Assembly: GCA_002104945.1 (NCBI GenBank)
Contig: MCFH01000058.1
Coordinates: 186,001-250,000, forward strand
Origin: Piromyces finnis finn
Taxonomy: Eukaryota; Fungi; Neocallimastigomycota
DNA: 64,000 nt
Direction of reading: 5' to 3'
Program-made: the position numbers and the translations under genes
Part shown: positions 39,627 to 52,360 of the stretch, in pieces
Numbering within the stretch: the stretch's first letter is position 1
Layout of the letters: each line of letters starts with the position of its first letter
Notes under the pieces: generated by a model
Seen by the model: only the letters and a program-made list of their open reading frames with translations
Told to the model about the DNA's origin: nothing
Databases searched by the model: none

Positions 39627-40471
39627 TGGTTTTGGGTTTTGAGGAGGGTAGCTATGATTTTGTTCACATCGGTCATTTCGTTTGGGCAGAAGCGGGCATC
39701 ATGTCCTTTCTGGTTACAACGGTGGCAGATATGAATTTTCATCTGGGCAAGGCTTTTGGTCAAAGCATCCAGATCTGATTCTTTAGCTTCTTCTTTAGTA
39801 GTCTTTTCATTATCAGTACTACTATTATTTTCGTTATTATTATAAGAGGTTTTATCTTCAACTTCTATTTTTCTCTTATAATAATTATTTTTGTTTTGAG
39901 TTCTTTTATTGGGTACATATTCATCATCACTTTCATAAGCAGATAGAAGCTCATCTGCTTTAATAGCAATGACCATAGCATCCTTTAAAGTTTTTGGTTG
40001 TTTGTTAATAAGAGAATTTAATATAGAAGTTCTCCTATTAAAAGCTTTTGTATAAAGAAAAACAAGTCTTTCTTCAGAAGGCTTGTCCCTTTCTTTAATT
40101 TCTTTCAAAAGGTCGTTAAAAGAACGGTTAAATTCTCTAACAGAGCTTTTGTTTACTTTTATTTTTTCTAACTTATTTAGGTTTCTATTAGAGGTTTTAT
40201 CATCCTCAAATAAGTTAGATATTTTATTGATAAATTCATTATAAGATAGGGATCTATCTTCATAATAAATATCACTACAAAGATCCTTTGAGTTACCGGT
40301 AGTAGCAAGCAAAGCAATTCTCTTCTTTTCTTTTTCAGAAAGAGCTAAGTCTTCTAAGATATCTTCAAGTTCCATTTTCCATCTGAAGAACTTAGTATCT
40401 TTCTTGCCAAGAGGGCTTATTTCTTTAGCCATACTAGCGGCTCTTTCAAAATTGTTTTTATTTTCAGTCAT
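39617..40471 (-). CDS. gag: D Gag with CCHC zinc knuckle
   Basis: CHRCNQKGHDARFC knuckle; position directly after the PBS. Confidence 0.88.
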   Translation of the reverse strand: MTENKNNFERAASMAKEISPLGKKDTKFFRWKMELEDILEDLALSEKEKKRIALLATTGNSKDLCSDIYYEDRSLSYNEFINKISNLFEDDKTSNRNLNKLEKIKVNKSSVREFNRSFNDLLKEIKERDKPSEERLVFLYTKAFNRRTSILNSLINKQPKTLKDAMVIAIKADELLSAYESDDEYVPNKRTQNKNNYYKRKIEVEDKTSYNNNENNSSTDNEKTTKEEAKESDLDALTKSLAQMKIHICHRCNQKGHDARFCPNEMTDVNKIIATLLKTQNHLN

Positions 40472-41209
40472 ATTTAGTAAATAAATAAGATAATTATACT
40501 AAATATACTAATTAATAGGAATTATTTAAATTTTCGGCTTTCCCACGGGACGACTGAGGTTCTCCACCACTTGATAACGGATTGGTAGTTATATTACAAC
40601 TTTTTAACTACTTCTTCTGTTATCTTATATTGTTTTATCTCGACAGCTATTGTACGAGCTTTAACAATATCTACTAGTTTTATTAATTTATTTTAAGTTA
40701 TTTTATAATTTTAATAGTTTTATTATTTTAATAATATTTATATAGAATAATAACACCAGATTTATTCTATAAAATATTATTTATTATTAACACAATAATT
40801 ACAAATTAGACAAGTTTAATTTCGTTTTTATATTTTCTTTTATTTATTGTTCTTACGCTCTTTTTAACAATAATTTTTATTATATAAAAACTTATTTTTT
40901 TTGTCTTTTAAATATTATTATGTATTCACTAATTAATTATATTAACTATTATTAAAATTTAACTTATTATTAGTAATCTAAGTCTTCTCATTTTCTACTA
41001 AAAATTATTATTATTCTTTATAATAAAAATTATTTTTATAATTTAACCCAATCAAATATATAAATTTATAAAATATTTGATTTTATGTAAATTATATTTT
41101 TATAATAAACTATATAAAATTATTTAATAATTATTTTATAATAAAAATTTCTACTAATATCAAATGTATAATATATTTATAATTATTATTTATCAACAAT
41201 AATCAATTG

Positions 41210-41281
41210 GGAGGGTTGGCGCAACGGTAGCGCGTCCGCCTCCAGAGCGGAAGGTTGGGTGTTCGAATCACTCACTCTCCA
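41210..41281 (+). tRNA. tRNA-Trp-CCA: tRNA-Trp (CCA)
   Basis: 72-nt cloverleaf; acceptor stem GGAGGGT/ACTCTCC; anticodon loop CTCCAGA; GTTCGAATC T-loop; T-rich terminator. Confidence 0.95.
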
Positions 41282-41298
41282 TTTTATTTCTTATTTAT

Positions 41299-42053
41299 TT
41301 ATATAATTTTATAAGTTTAATTTTGAATTTTACTTTAAACAAAAAGTGATTATTGTATTATATCTTTTGATATAACTGTATAAATTATATTTATAAAATA
41401 TTATTTTATAAAAATTATTAAAAATCTTTTATTAGAAATATTCATTTTTCTAATATTTAAATATTTAAAATTTTATTTATTAAATTATAAAAATTAACTA
41501 TATAATATTTTCTTTACTAATAATAATAACAATGATTAAAATAAGAATATTTACATGTATTTATATTTTCTTTTGAATTTAAACTATTTACATTAAAACA
41601 ATAAAATTAATAACTATTTACAATAAAAGTAATAAAAGTAATTAGAAATAACAATAAAAAGAAATAATTAAGAGTTAAAGAATATAAAAAGTTGTTTATT
41701 TTACAATTAATTAAAGTAATAATTATTTTTAGTATTTTAATAAAAGTGTTTAATTATATTATTTTATAACATGAATTATTATATTTGTTTACTTTTAAAG
41801 TGTAACTTACTAACGAAGTTATTAAATATTTAATTTAACAATTAATTTAACAAAAGTTATATATTTTGATCTCGATTTATTAAAGTTTATTATTTTCTTT
41901 CAATAATCAAAATATATGCAGTGTTTAGGATTAATTTCATTTTAGAATTTTGGTAAATTAATTAAACTATAACTTATTTTAAGTTACTTTTAGGGTTAAC
42001 TTAAAAATCAAGTATAATAATAAATTTATATTTAGTAATTTTATTATTTATCA
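41299..42053. repeat. Diverged LTR family A copy
   Basis: Colinear with 8358-9168, ends ATTTATCA; 5' boundary approximate. Confidence 0.7.
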
Positions 42054-42056
42054 AAA

Positions 42057-43108
42057 TGATGTGTTGACCGATATATTTTTGAACAATATAATAAATTCCA
42101 GTATTTATGATGAAACAATAAATTTAAAATAAAATAAAATATGTTTTATAATTAACAAATAAATCACTCAAAACTCGAAAATAAACTCTTTTATTATATT
42201 TTATAATTTATTTACTGTCTACTTACTGTCTTTTTTTTTTATTCTCTATTTATTGTCTGATTTTTATAAAGAAGAATTTTATCTTCTTTTTATACATTTT
42301 TCATTTATTATATGTATTATTATTTTTAACTATTAAATATTACTATTACTATTGTCATTATTTATTAGAATTAAAAGAATAAATTAAAATTATGTTTTAG
42401 AATTATAAATATTATAGAATATCACTTATTTGATTTTCTTATTACTTCAAAATGTTTAAATTTAGAAAGATTATTATAAATTATTATTGACTATCATTAA
42501 ATGTATAATACCTTAAATAAATAATTAAAATTTAAAATCTAAATAAAATAAAATTAAAATTAAAATATTAAAAGTATCAATTATTATAAATACTCATTTT
42601 ATATAGAAACATAAAAGAGTTCTGTATTTTATCTTAATATTGTTGTTATTGTTCTATTTCCAGGTTTTAAGTTTACCACTTTTAATAATAATTACTCAAT
42701 TATTTATTATTAATTTATATATATATAAGATTAAAAGAATTTCTAAAGAACACTTGGATAAAGCACTAGAATTAATAATTTGATGTATACCATTTTATTT
42801 TTAGTTTATTTATTCATTTTTATTTATTTATTATTATTTTATTATTTTAATACACTATTGGATTAAGGCGTTTTATTTTATTTAATAATTTATTTTATTA
42901 TTATCACAATTAGGTCGTTTTTACTTAGAATTTATTATATAATAAAGAGAATATTATTTATTTAAGAAAGGGTTATATTTTCATAAAATTGTTATTCATT
43001 CATTTTTAAGGGTTATTATCATTTATTTTTATTATAAGTTACTATGGGTTAAGTCGTGTTTATTTATTCTGCTAGTTTTTATTATGTTTTTATGTGAGTA
43101 GTGTATCA
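42057..43108. repeat. Solo LTR family C (uninterrupted)
   Basis: TGATGTG...GTGTATCA termini; colinear with 18314-20410 minus the I insertion. Confidence 0.8.
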
Positions 43109-43111
43109 ATG

Positions 43112-43930
43112 TGTAAGAAATAATAATTATTTCAATCTAAATAATTAATATTTCTTATTAGTTTAATAATTTAGTTAATATTTTATACACTTAAATTATT
43201 TATTTAATTTATTTAATTAAATATAAATTATACATCCATATACTTTATTTAATTTATTTAGTTAAATATATTTCATATATTTATATAATTTATTTAATTT
43301 TTTTAATTAAATAATAATTTGTTCATTTGATTTTTAATTAATATTTATATACAAGAATCCGTAATTTTACCCTTTAATTATATATTACTAATTAATTTAC
43401 CTGTTATATCTAAACACGGATTTACTTTAGGAAATCGGTATTTTAAGGTTTTTCCGATTATTATTACAAATAATTGGTTTTACTTAAAATTTACACGATG
43501 ACCAATATGATTAGAATATTGGTTGAAAACTTGTTCATGTTTTTCTTCAAGTCTTTTCCTAAACATTTTATTTTTTAAGATTAGAACTCATTTATTTAAC
43601 CTTATTTTTTAATAAAAATATAAATAAAACACTCTTGAAATTCTTTAGAATTCAAGAGTTATTATTATAAGAAAAATTAATTATAATAAATAACAAATAA
43701 TTTTATTTAATAAAAATTAATTAATAAAAAATCATATTATTAATAAAACATAATTCTTATATTATACATTTCATTCTCATCCTTATTCCCATTTGTGTTT
43801 TTTGTTGTTTATTATAAATTCTTATAATAAACTCGTTAAGTTCTAGTTTTTTAATTTAATATTTAATTTTTTTTTATTTTCTTTTCATATACATATAATT
43901 TAATATTAAATTTTAATATTGAGTTATCTA
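43112..43930. repeat. Diverged inverted relative of LTR family K
   Basis: Reverse-complement similarity to 15263-16028 (aggaaatcgg...taaggtttt, gtcttttcctaaa, cttataataaactc). Confidence 0.55.
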
Positions 43931-43938
43931 TAAGTAAT

Positions 43939-44899
43939 TGTTAAGTTTTAAGGTTTGGTTATACGGCCAGGTCAGAATGTTTTAATTATATAGTAAAAAA
44001 TGTTTTTTTTTTTAAGAAATTAAATTTAAATATAAAATAACGCTTTAAACTTCCAAATGAAAAATTAATACTTATTTTTTAAAATAACTTTTTATAAAAT
44101 TTTATTTATTTAGTAATAATAATATAAATGATAATATGTTTAATAACTATATAATTAAGATTATAGCTATAATCTTTACAAAGGATTAAAATCGAATTCA
44201 ATTCATTCTATTTTATATTCTTTGTTCAGATTATTACATTGATAAAAATAAAGTATTACATGTAATATATTAATAATATAATAAGATTGTTTGTTTGTTT
44301 GTTTGTTATGACATAAAATAAAATAAACATATGATTAATCATTTAACACTTGATCTGTTAACCTATTTTATGTTAACTGTTACACCTAAATGGTTTAGTT
44401 CTATTTTTAGTAATAGTCATTATCATTAATTAAATTAATATAATTAAAATTTTTATTGATAAATTCTTAATTTTTGTAAAGTCATAAGAAGTGTTTATGA
44501 TCCATACTTGATATCATATTGATTTTAATTTACCTATTAAAATCTTTAAATGATCATATCTTCCTTAAATGACAAGTTAGAAGGACCGTGATTGTACCAA
44601 AATATAGCTTTTCCCTTAAGCTTTCTAATAAACTTGGTTTCACAGCCGTAGTACTTACAGCCGCAATGTTCGTTTTGGCGAGTTATGCCTAGTTTCGTAT
44701 TTGTTTATTTTTAGCTAAGGGTTATAGTGTATTGATATTAAATTTTTGAAATCATAACCCTTTCACTGAATCAAAATTTAAAAGGTGACTTTTAAAGGTA
44801 TTTTAAAATAATTATTAGAATTATTTAATTATAATTATTATGTTTAATTAATTATAGATATTATCCGAATTTGTTTTAAATCCAGTTAATATCTTCATA
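43939..44899. repeat. Solo LTR family I
   Basis: TGTTAAG...CTTCATA termini; 5-bp TSD GTAAT/GTAAT. Confidence 0.8.
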
Positions 44900-46363
44900 G
44901 TAATTATAAAGTGGGCTAGGGTTGATATGTAACTTGGTCAGAATGTTTTGATATAATACAACTTAATCTAAAATAAAGTATTAAACTTGTTTATTGTTAA
45001 CCTTTTCTTTAAAACTTATTAAAGAATTTTAAATAATACTAATTTAAAAATTAAATAGGTTTTTGTATTTGAAATAAAAATTCTAATATAATTTAATTAT
45101 GAAATTTACTTATTAATTATTTATTTATTAAGATAATATTTATTAAGTTATATTATAGTTAATAATTAATTAATAATCTTACAAAGAATTTCAAAAATGA
45201 TTTTAATTCTTTGTTTAAATACTTTTTCTTACAATTAATAAAATTACATTGATATTAATATTGATATTAATAATAAAGATAAAAATAAAATAATTTTAAA
45301 TTAAAATATTAATAATTGATATTGATATTAATGATATGAATTCATATGATAGATCTTAAGATTAATCTTTTAAATTACTTTTAAATAAAAAGTATTGTTT
45401 TAACCTTTTTAAATTATAAATATTTAATATTATAAATTGAGAATATCAATTGCTGATACTAATTATATATTCTCATGATTGATTAATTAATAATTATAAT
45501 TAATGATTTTTGATCCAAAGGCTTTTTGGTTTGATTATGATTGAGGTTATTAATCAAAATTATTTGAAAATTATTAATTAATTTTTATAATTGATTAGGT
45601 TTGTAATCAAGAATATTTATTATCTAACCTTATTTAATAATAATGGAGAATTTTTAAATTGAATTATTTATAGAAAGTTGGATGACTTGAATAATGACTT
45701 TAATTATATAAATTAATATTGATCATTTTAATATATATTATTATATATTAATTGAAACTAATTAAATCTTTAAATAGCTATATCTCAAGAACTAGTGGTC
45801 TAAATTAGCTGAAAATTTGTGAGAATATAGATCTCAACCAGTAACCAGTACTTTCTAATAAAATTGATTTGAATTCTCTAGAAAAGGAAAATAGGACACG
45901 AGATTCATAAGTTATCACTAGTTTCGTATAATGCATTTTTTTCTCAAGGGTTAATTTATTGAAAATTAAATTTTTGTGATCTTTAACCCTTTTCAATATT
46001 AAATTTTTTCAAGTGATCTTTTAATTATTTTTAAAAGTGTTTTTATAATTTTTGAAATATAAATTTAATTTTTAAATTGTTTATTTGAATATTTAATTTA
46101 TTTTTTAATTGTCTTCTATTATTGACAGTAATTGTATTATACTTATACTATTTATTATAAATATTATAATAAAATTATTACACAATCTCAATGATGATAA
46201 ATAATTAAATTTATAAATTATAAATTAATAATAATAATAATAACAATAATTAAAATACAGATAAAAATTAAAATATTTAACTTGTATAAAATTATTAAAT
46301 TAAAAATTATAAATGTAAACTTTTTATTTATTTAATTGTTTAATTCTTTTTAAATTAAATAGT

Positions 46364-47760
46364 TTATATTTGTTTATAATTATACTTTAAAATAATAATT
46401 TTGTATAAATAATAATAAAGTTCATCTGTCGAAATATTAGAATCGTTGAGTTTTTCTGAAAGTATTTGGAATTTATTATGACTGAGAATAGATTCCTTTT
46501 CCTCAATACATTTTAACCTATTCCATTTCAGAATCTTCTTAGGAACATTAAAGTCATTAGAAAAATCGTCCATAGGAATAATTTTACCATTAATAAGGAG
46601 TGGCTTATGATCTGAAACTGGGTAAAAATCATTTATAAATGATCCTGAGTGAATAAGATCCTTCATATTCGAGTTGATAAGAGCATGATCAATATCGGAA
46701 AATTGATCACCCAGAGTCCAAGAGATAGAAGAACCTTTAAGTGGAAGAACTTCCCAATCTCCTAATCCATTAGATGATAACTAGTTAGATAATTTTACTT
46801 TGGACATATTAAAATCACCAACAAGAATCGATGGATGGGATGAATGAGTTTGTAACCACAAGCGAACTTCTAATTTTGCATGATCAACATAGATGTTGTG
46901 ATGACTATGAGGCATATAAACATTTCCAATCTAGCATTTGAATCTATTCCAAAGACTAAAAGTATAAATAGAAATAATATACTTTCCAGAGAAGTTTTCA
47001 AGTGAGGCTTGACACGAGTTGTGAAAACCTAAATATAAACCTCTTATTCCAGGAACTGATTCATCAGCTTTCTTGAAAAAGTGTCTATAGTTTCGCAAAG
47101 TAACACGACAAGGATAATCTGTATTCGATCCAGAACCATTACCAGTTTCTTAAAAGCATAAAAATAATGGTTTGAAAATAGCTGTGAAATAGCTAATACT
47201 ATCTCTTTTCTCATGATTCCACCCATTGGTGTTCCAACTAAGACAAAAAGAAAAGTTATCAGGCTTGTTGGATGAGCAAGAGTCGTTGCAATTACTATTA
47301 TTATTATTGTCATCGTTATTAATGGATGATGTGTCAGAGGAATTAGTTGAACTATTATCAGATGGCTGTGTAACTGACGAATTATCAATTATTGAATTGT
47401 TATTGGAGTTAATAGAACTATCATAAATAATTGTTGAATGTTGAAATTGAAATTGAAATTGATTTTCATGTTGGAAATCTTGTTGAAGATTTGAATGTTG
47501 AACTGATTGTTGAGTTGCTTGTTGAGTTGATTGTTGATGTTTATTGGAAACTAAAAAATTTACGTTTGAGTGAGGAAAAATTGTATTTATGATTTCTTCC
47601 ACTACGAGCTGAAAAAGAAATTTTGGCAGTTGATAGTTTCTTCCTTAAGATGTGTAAAATATTATAACAGTCTTTCATTGAGCCATGAACCTTGACTAAG
47701 AAAAAATGATCATTGGAATTCTTCAAATATTTAACCCTTCAGAATAACCTCGAGTTTTTC
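46364..47760 (-). pseudogene. Degraded LINE 5' fragment: Gln/Asn/Ser-rich N-terminus plus APE endonuclease
   Basis: SWNTNG, LCF*ETG, YMP, LVGDFNM, DIDH and SDHKP motifs across frameshifts and stops; no RT downstream. Confidence 0.82.
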
Positions 47761-48195
47761 CCATAGCTTGCTAACTTGCTAACTGACCATGATCGAATAC
47801 CACGGATAAAGAAGAATCTAATATTATCTAAGGGGATACCATAAGAGCGGATACCACGTCTGATATAATTCTTATCTTTAATATAAAGGACTGACATGAT
47901 AATTAATTCTAATTAAAAATATTGAATATAAAATAAATACTAATAAAAATTATAAATATAACGTATATGGAAAAAAATCTGTCTCTCTCTCTCTTCTTAA
48001 AAGTACTGGATAGTACAAAAATTGTTACGATGCTTTGTTTAAAGTTTCTTTTTTTTTTTTGAATTCTAGTTGTAAATTTTCTTTAAAAATTCTAGTTTTG
48101 GTTTGTTGTTAGTAAATTCGATTCGCTTTTTGACACTAAAATTGTTTGACTTTACTTTTCATTAAATATTTAAATTGGTAAAAAATTTGAATCAA

Positions 48196-48712
48196 GAATG
48201 TCGACACCAGAAAGCTTGTGAATAGTATTTTTACATGATGTAGAGTGAATCAGTCTCTTACAAGAAACAATACAACAATAGCTACATGAATATAAAAATA
48301 CAATGCAAATGCTAAAGTTGACTACATTGGATTCTTACAAGAGAAGAGTAGTACTACATGAATACATGAATAAAAGAAAAAATACAGCAACAAAATGTAT
48401 TACTCTTCTAATTAAATACTATACAAACTTACCTGAATATCAAACATTCAACTTATTCATCAAATACTTAAATTCGATGGATAAAATGTTTTTTTTAATC
48501 GCTCAGTACCATGAGCTTAGTCCTAATAATTTTCCTTTAGAGACTAACCAAGCATCCATTGCGCAATACTTGGATTTAATTCTTTCTACTCTCTCAGTAC
48601 CATGAGCATGAGTAGAGCCCCTTGAGAAACTTCATTTATCAGAGAAAGATCTTCGTCGAATGAGATTCCAAGATAATTATAGCAAGAAACCTTTGGAATC
48701 GAGTACATACTG
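48196..48712 (+). pseudogene. Degraded ORF of unknown origin
   Basis: Coding-like composition in AT-rich surroundings, several in-frame stops around ORF 48303-48605; no recognised motif. Confidence 0.3.
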
Positions 48713-49016
48713 ATGTAAAACGTTGGGTCTATATAACTAGAGGATCTCTTAATCACTCCAGTTGTAAATATTTTGAAACTTTTTATTATTATAGTTCATT
48801 CTTATACAAATAAAAACAATAACTAATAAATATTTAAAATATAATAAAAATTGAAAGTAGTATTACGCGAATGAGGAAAATACAACAATCTTTTTATTGT
48901 CATTATTATTAAATCGTTTAATAAAAAAAAATTAATTTATTATTACTTTATTTATTTATTTACAAATAAATTAAATAATTTATTTTAATTTATTTTTATG
49001 TAATATTTATATTTCT

Positions 49017-50003
49017 TTATTTTAAATAGGTTTTGTAGAAAGTATCAATTTTATCAAATGGAATAACCTTCAAATTATCATAAAGATCGGTATGAACAGC
49101 ATCTGGAATAATTAATAATTGCTTATTATCAGTGTACTTATTATCTTTTACCATATTATCATAGGCAGTTTTACTAAAGTAGCAAGAGTGAGCCTTTTCT
49201 CCATGGATAATAAAAACTGCATTTCTAATTTCATTACTGTAACGAAGAATAGGTTGATTCATAAATGACATACAACCAATAGTATTCCAACCGTTATTGG
49301 AATTTAAAGAACGCTTATGATAACCTCTTTCAGTCTTATAATAAGAATAGTAATCTTTAACAAATTGTGGAGCATCAGCTGGAAGTGGATCAACAACACC
49401 ACCTCCTAACTTATATTCACCCTTTTTAAAATCTTCTATTCTTTGTTGATTAAGATTCTTTCTATTTTCATATCTTGCTGGTTCATTATCCCCTTGATCA
49501 AAATAGCCATTAGCATTTACTCTTGTCATATCATACATAGTGCATGATACTGTAGCCTTTACTCTAGTATCAAGACAAGCGGTATTAAGAGCTAAACCTC
49601 CCCAACCACAAATACCAAGAATACCAATACGTTCAGGATCAACATTATCTTGAATAGATAAGAAATCAACAGCAGCTTGGAAATCTTCTGTATTAATATC
49701 AGGTGAAGCCATATATCTTGGTTTACCACTAGATTCCCCTGTAAATGATGGATCAAAAGCAATAGTTAAATAACCTCTAGAAGCTAATTCTTGAGCATAT
49801 AAACCACTACATTGTTCCTTTACAGCACCAAATGGTCCACAAACAGCAATAGCTGGTAATTTTTCTTTAACTTCATTAGGAATATACATATCAGCAGCTA
49901 AAGTAAAACCATATCTAGTGGTAAAGGTAACTTTTTTATGTGTAACTTTATCACTCTTTGGGAAAGTTTTATCCCATTCTTGAACTAAGACTAATGATTC
50001 CAT
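49017..50003 (-). CDS. Alpha/beta-fold hydrolase (bacterial YcjY/COG1073-like), intronless
   Basis: GPFGAVKEQ, FDPSFTGESSG, GICGWGG nucleophile elbow, IHGEKAHS and HTDLYD motifs; clean 328-aa ORF. Confidence 0.9.
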   Translation of the reverse strand: MESLVLVQEWDKTFPKSDKVTHKKVTFTTRYGFTLAADMYIPNEVKEKLPAIAVCGPFGAVKEQCSGLYAQELASRGYLTIAFDPSFTGESSGKPRYMASPDINTEDFQAAVDFLSIQDNVDPERIGILGICGWGGLALNTACLDTRVKATVSCTMYDMTRVNANGYFDQGDNEPARYENRKNLNQQRIEDFKKGEYKLGGGVVDPLPADAPQFVKDYYSYYKTERGYHKRSLNSNNGWNTIGCMSFMNQPILRYSNEIRNAVFIIHGEKAHSCYFSKTAYDNMVKDNKYTDNKQLLIIPDAVHTDLYDNLKVIPFDKIDTFYKTYLK

Positions 50004-52360
50004 ATTTATTTTTTAAACTTAAAGTATTTTAAATATATATTATAAAATTAAATAAAAAATATTTTATTGTTATTATTTTATTAACATAATTCATCAAAAT
50101 TTTACTTTCTGTAATCATTAATTTTACACAATATTACTATAAATTATGAATTATAAATAATATTAAAATAAAACTATATTTACCTTTTCCTTTTTTTTTT
50201 TTGTCTTTTTTTTATAAAAAAAAAAATCAAAATTTGAATTTTTTTCTTTTATATATATATATATATTTTTTTTTAATTTATTTATTATATTGTAATTAAA
50301 AATAAATTAATGATTATTATTAAATAATATAATAAATAATTATAAATAAATATATTATATTATATAAATATAAATATATATCAATAAAAAAAATTATTAT
50401 ATATAAATTCTATCATATTCTATCATATTAATATATGAGTAATCAAGAAAAGTGGAAACAAGAACTAACATAACACTAACAAAAAATGAAATTTTTTTTT
50501 ACTATTACTATAAAATGCATGTCAAGAAAGCATATAAAATGGAACACAAAAAGAATTTTTAATTATAACTTCAGATGATATTCCATTCCATTTGTTACTT
50601 GCCTGAAGAACACCAATATCATTTTTCATTTGCGGAATATAAAAATATCAATGGAATATAATCCGATTACTTTAAAGGAGTTATTACTAATACCACCTAT
50701 ATAATTAATATATTTGTTAAATATTTCATTACATTCTTTATATATATTAAGACTGATTTAGTTTTTGTTAAGCTAAATAAATTTCCAAATTTAATACCAT
50801 ATATGTCAAATTTAATTAAAAAAATAAAATAAAATAAAATAAAATAAAATTGAAATATTATATATTCAGTGTCACTTTACGAGTTCAATATATAAAAATT
50901 AACATTAATTAATTGATATACCATAAGAACTTCTAGAAAATATGATAAAAAAAATGAAACACTAATAGCAATAGCAAAAATAATTATGATTAATATAACT
51001 ACTTTTATTATTAGTCAAAATACTTTTATAATAGTTTTTCAAGACTTTAATTATTTCAATTATTACGAAAAAAAAATAAATAAAAAAAAAAACAATAATA
51101 ATAAAAAGCTAATAAATAAATGAGCAAACAAAAGAAGCATAGGTTAATAAAAAATAAATAAAATATTAAAAAAAAATATAGGAAGACAGAGAAATTAACA
51201 AAAATAATAAAGAACAAGTAAATGAAAATAACTTACCGTTAATTTAAAATATTATAATGTTTCAAACAAAGAATATAGTACTTTAAATAAATTATTACAA
51301 AGAAAAAATATTGAGTTTACTATATTTGAGGTTTATGAAGAAATTTTTAAGTTCGATGACTTGTTTTTTTTTTTTTTTTTTTTATTAATTCAATCTGGAA
51401 TTTTAATTTATTCTATGATTAGTAGGTGTTAGTTTTTCATAATTATTTAATACTTTATATATATATATGACTAATTCAAATAAAATTCCGCTTCCAATAT
51501 TCATTGATTATTATAAAAATATTAAACTTTTATACGCCACTCAAATTTATATACTCTATGAATCATTGTTAATAAATTCATATGCTTTAATTATTCTTCT
51601 TCACCTTTAAAAAAAAACTATCATAAATGTTTAATTTTTGATTATTTATTGAACTTAATATAAGTAGTAATAATATATAAGGTTATATTTATAATAGATC
51701 ATGGATATAAAATATATTACTGATTTTTATTTATATTTCGTATCTATAAATTTATTTTAACTTTCTTATATTCAATCATATTTCATATATATTTCATTTA
51801 TAATTTGTTAGTATTTATGAAAAAATTCTAAAATTATAATACATAAAATCAAATAATTTGTAAATATATATATGGAAACATCAGTTTTTTGTTTCTTCAT
51901 ATTATAAAAAGGCAAGCAATTGTTATAAACAATAAACAATGCTACTAAATAGCAAAAATGTGTGAATATTATTCATTAATTTTTTACATCTTATTAAAAA
52001 AAAAAAAAAAAAAAGAACATATAAATAATAAAATAATAAATATAAGTTGTTGTTGTTTTTTAATTATTTTTATTATTATTTAAAATTTATTCTAATTGGT
52101 ATTATATTTTTTCCTTAATATATATATATACTATTTAATTTTTATATTATTTAGTAATTTTTAATTTTTTCGCGAGGTAATTTACTGAATTGATCTGTTA
52201 AGAAAAAAAGGGGAAAAAATTATAAAAAAATAATATTATTACATTATATTATTAACCTAATTTCGGTTTAAAAATAAACTAAAATATATATTACATTTTA
52301 TTTATTTATAACTATTATTCTACCTTAAAATTACCATTCATATCTTCTTTTAGCCAAACT

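Larger units (their letters stand above)
36671..41195 (-). mobile_element. Non-autonomous LTR retroelement D (gag + protease only)
   Basis: 624-bp LTRs 36671-37294 and 40572-41195 with no difference seen by eye; PBS TGGTGGAGA 40561-40569; PPT about 37296-37310; 4-bp TSD ACAA; no RT, RNase H or IN motifs. Confidence 0.92.

Noticed and set aside
41210-41281. Adjacent tRNA-Trp as the definite primer for elements B and D
   Set aside because: Only 9 nt pair before a mismatch; a tRNA-Ala-type 3' end fits at least as well and cannot be checked here.
45805-45996. 63-aa ORF
   Set aside because: No motif or splice support; lies in AT-rich repeat-like DNA.
48502-48607. 15-bp direct repeat CTCAGTACCATGAGC
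   Set aside because: Only two copies inside a degraded ORF, with no element boundaries or TSD logic.
50100-52300. Possible small gene or ncRNA between the hydrolase and the CCA1-like gene
   Set aside because: Near-pure AT sequence with homopolymers; no ORF, splice pattern or structure I can support.
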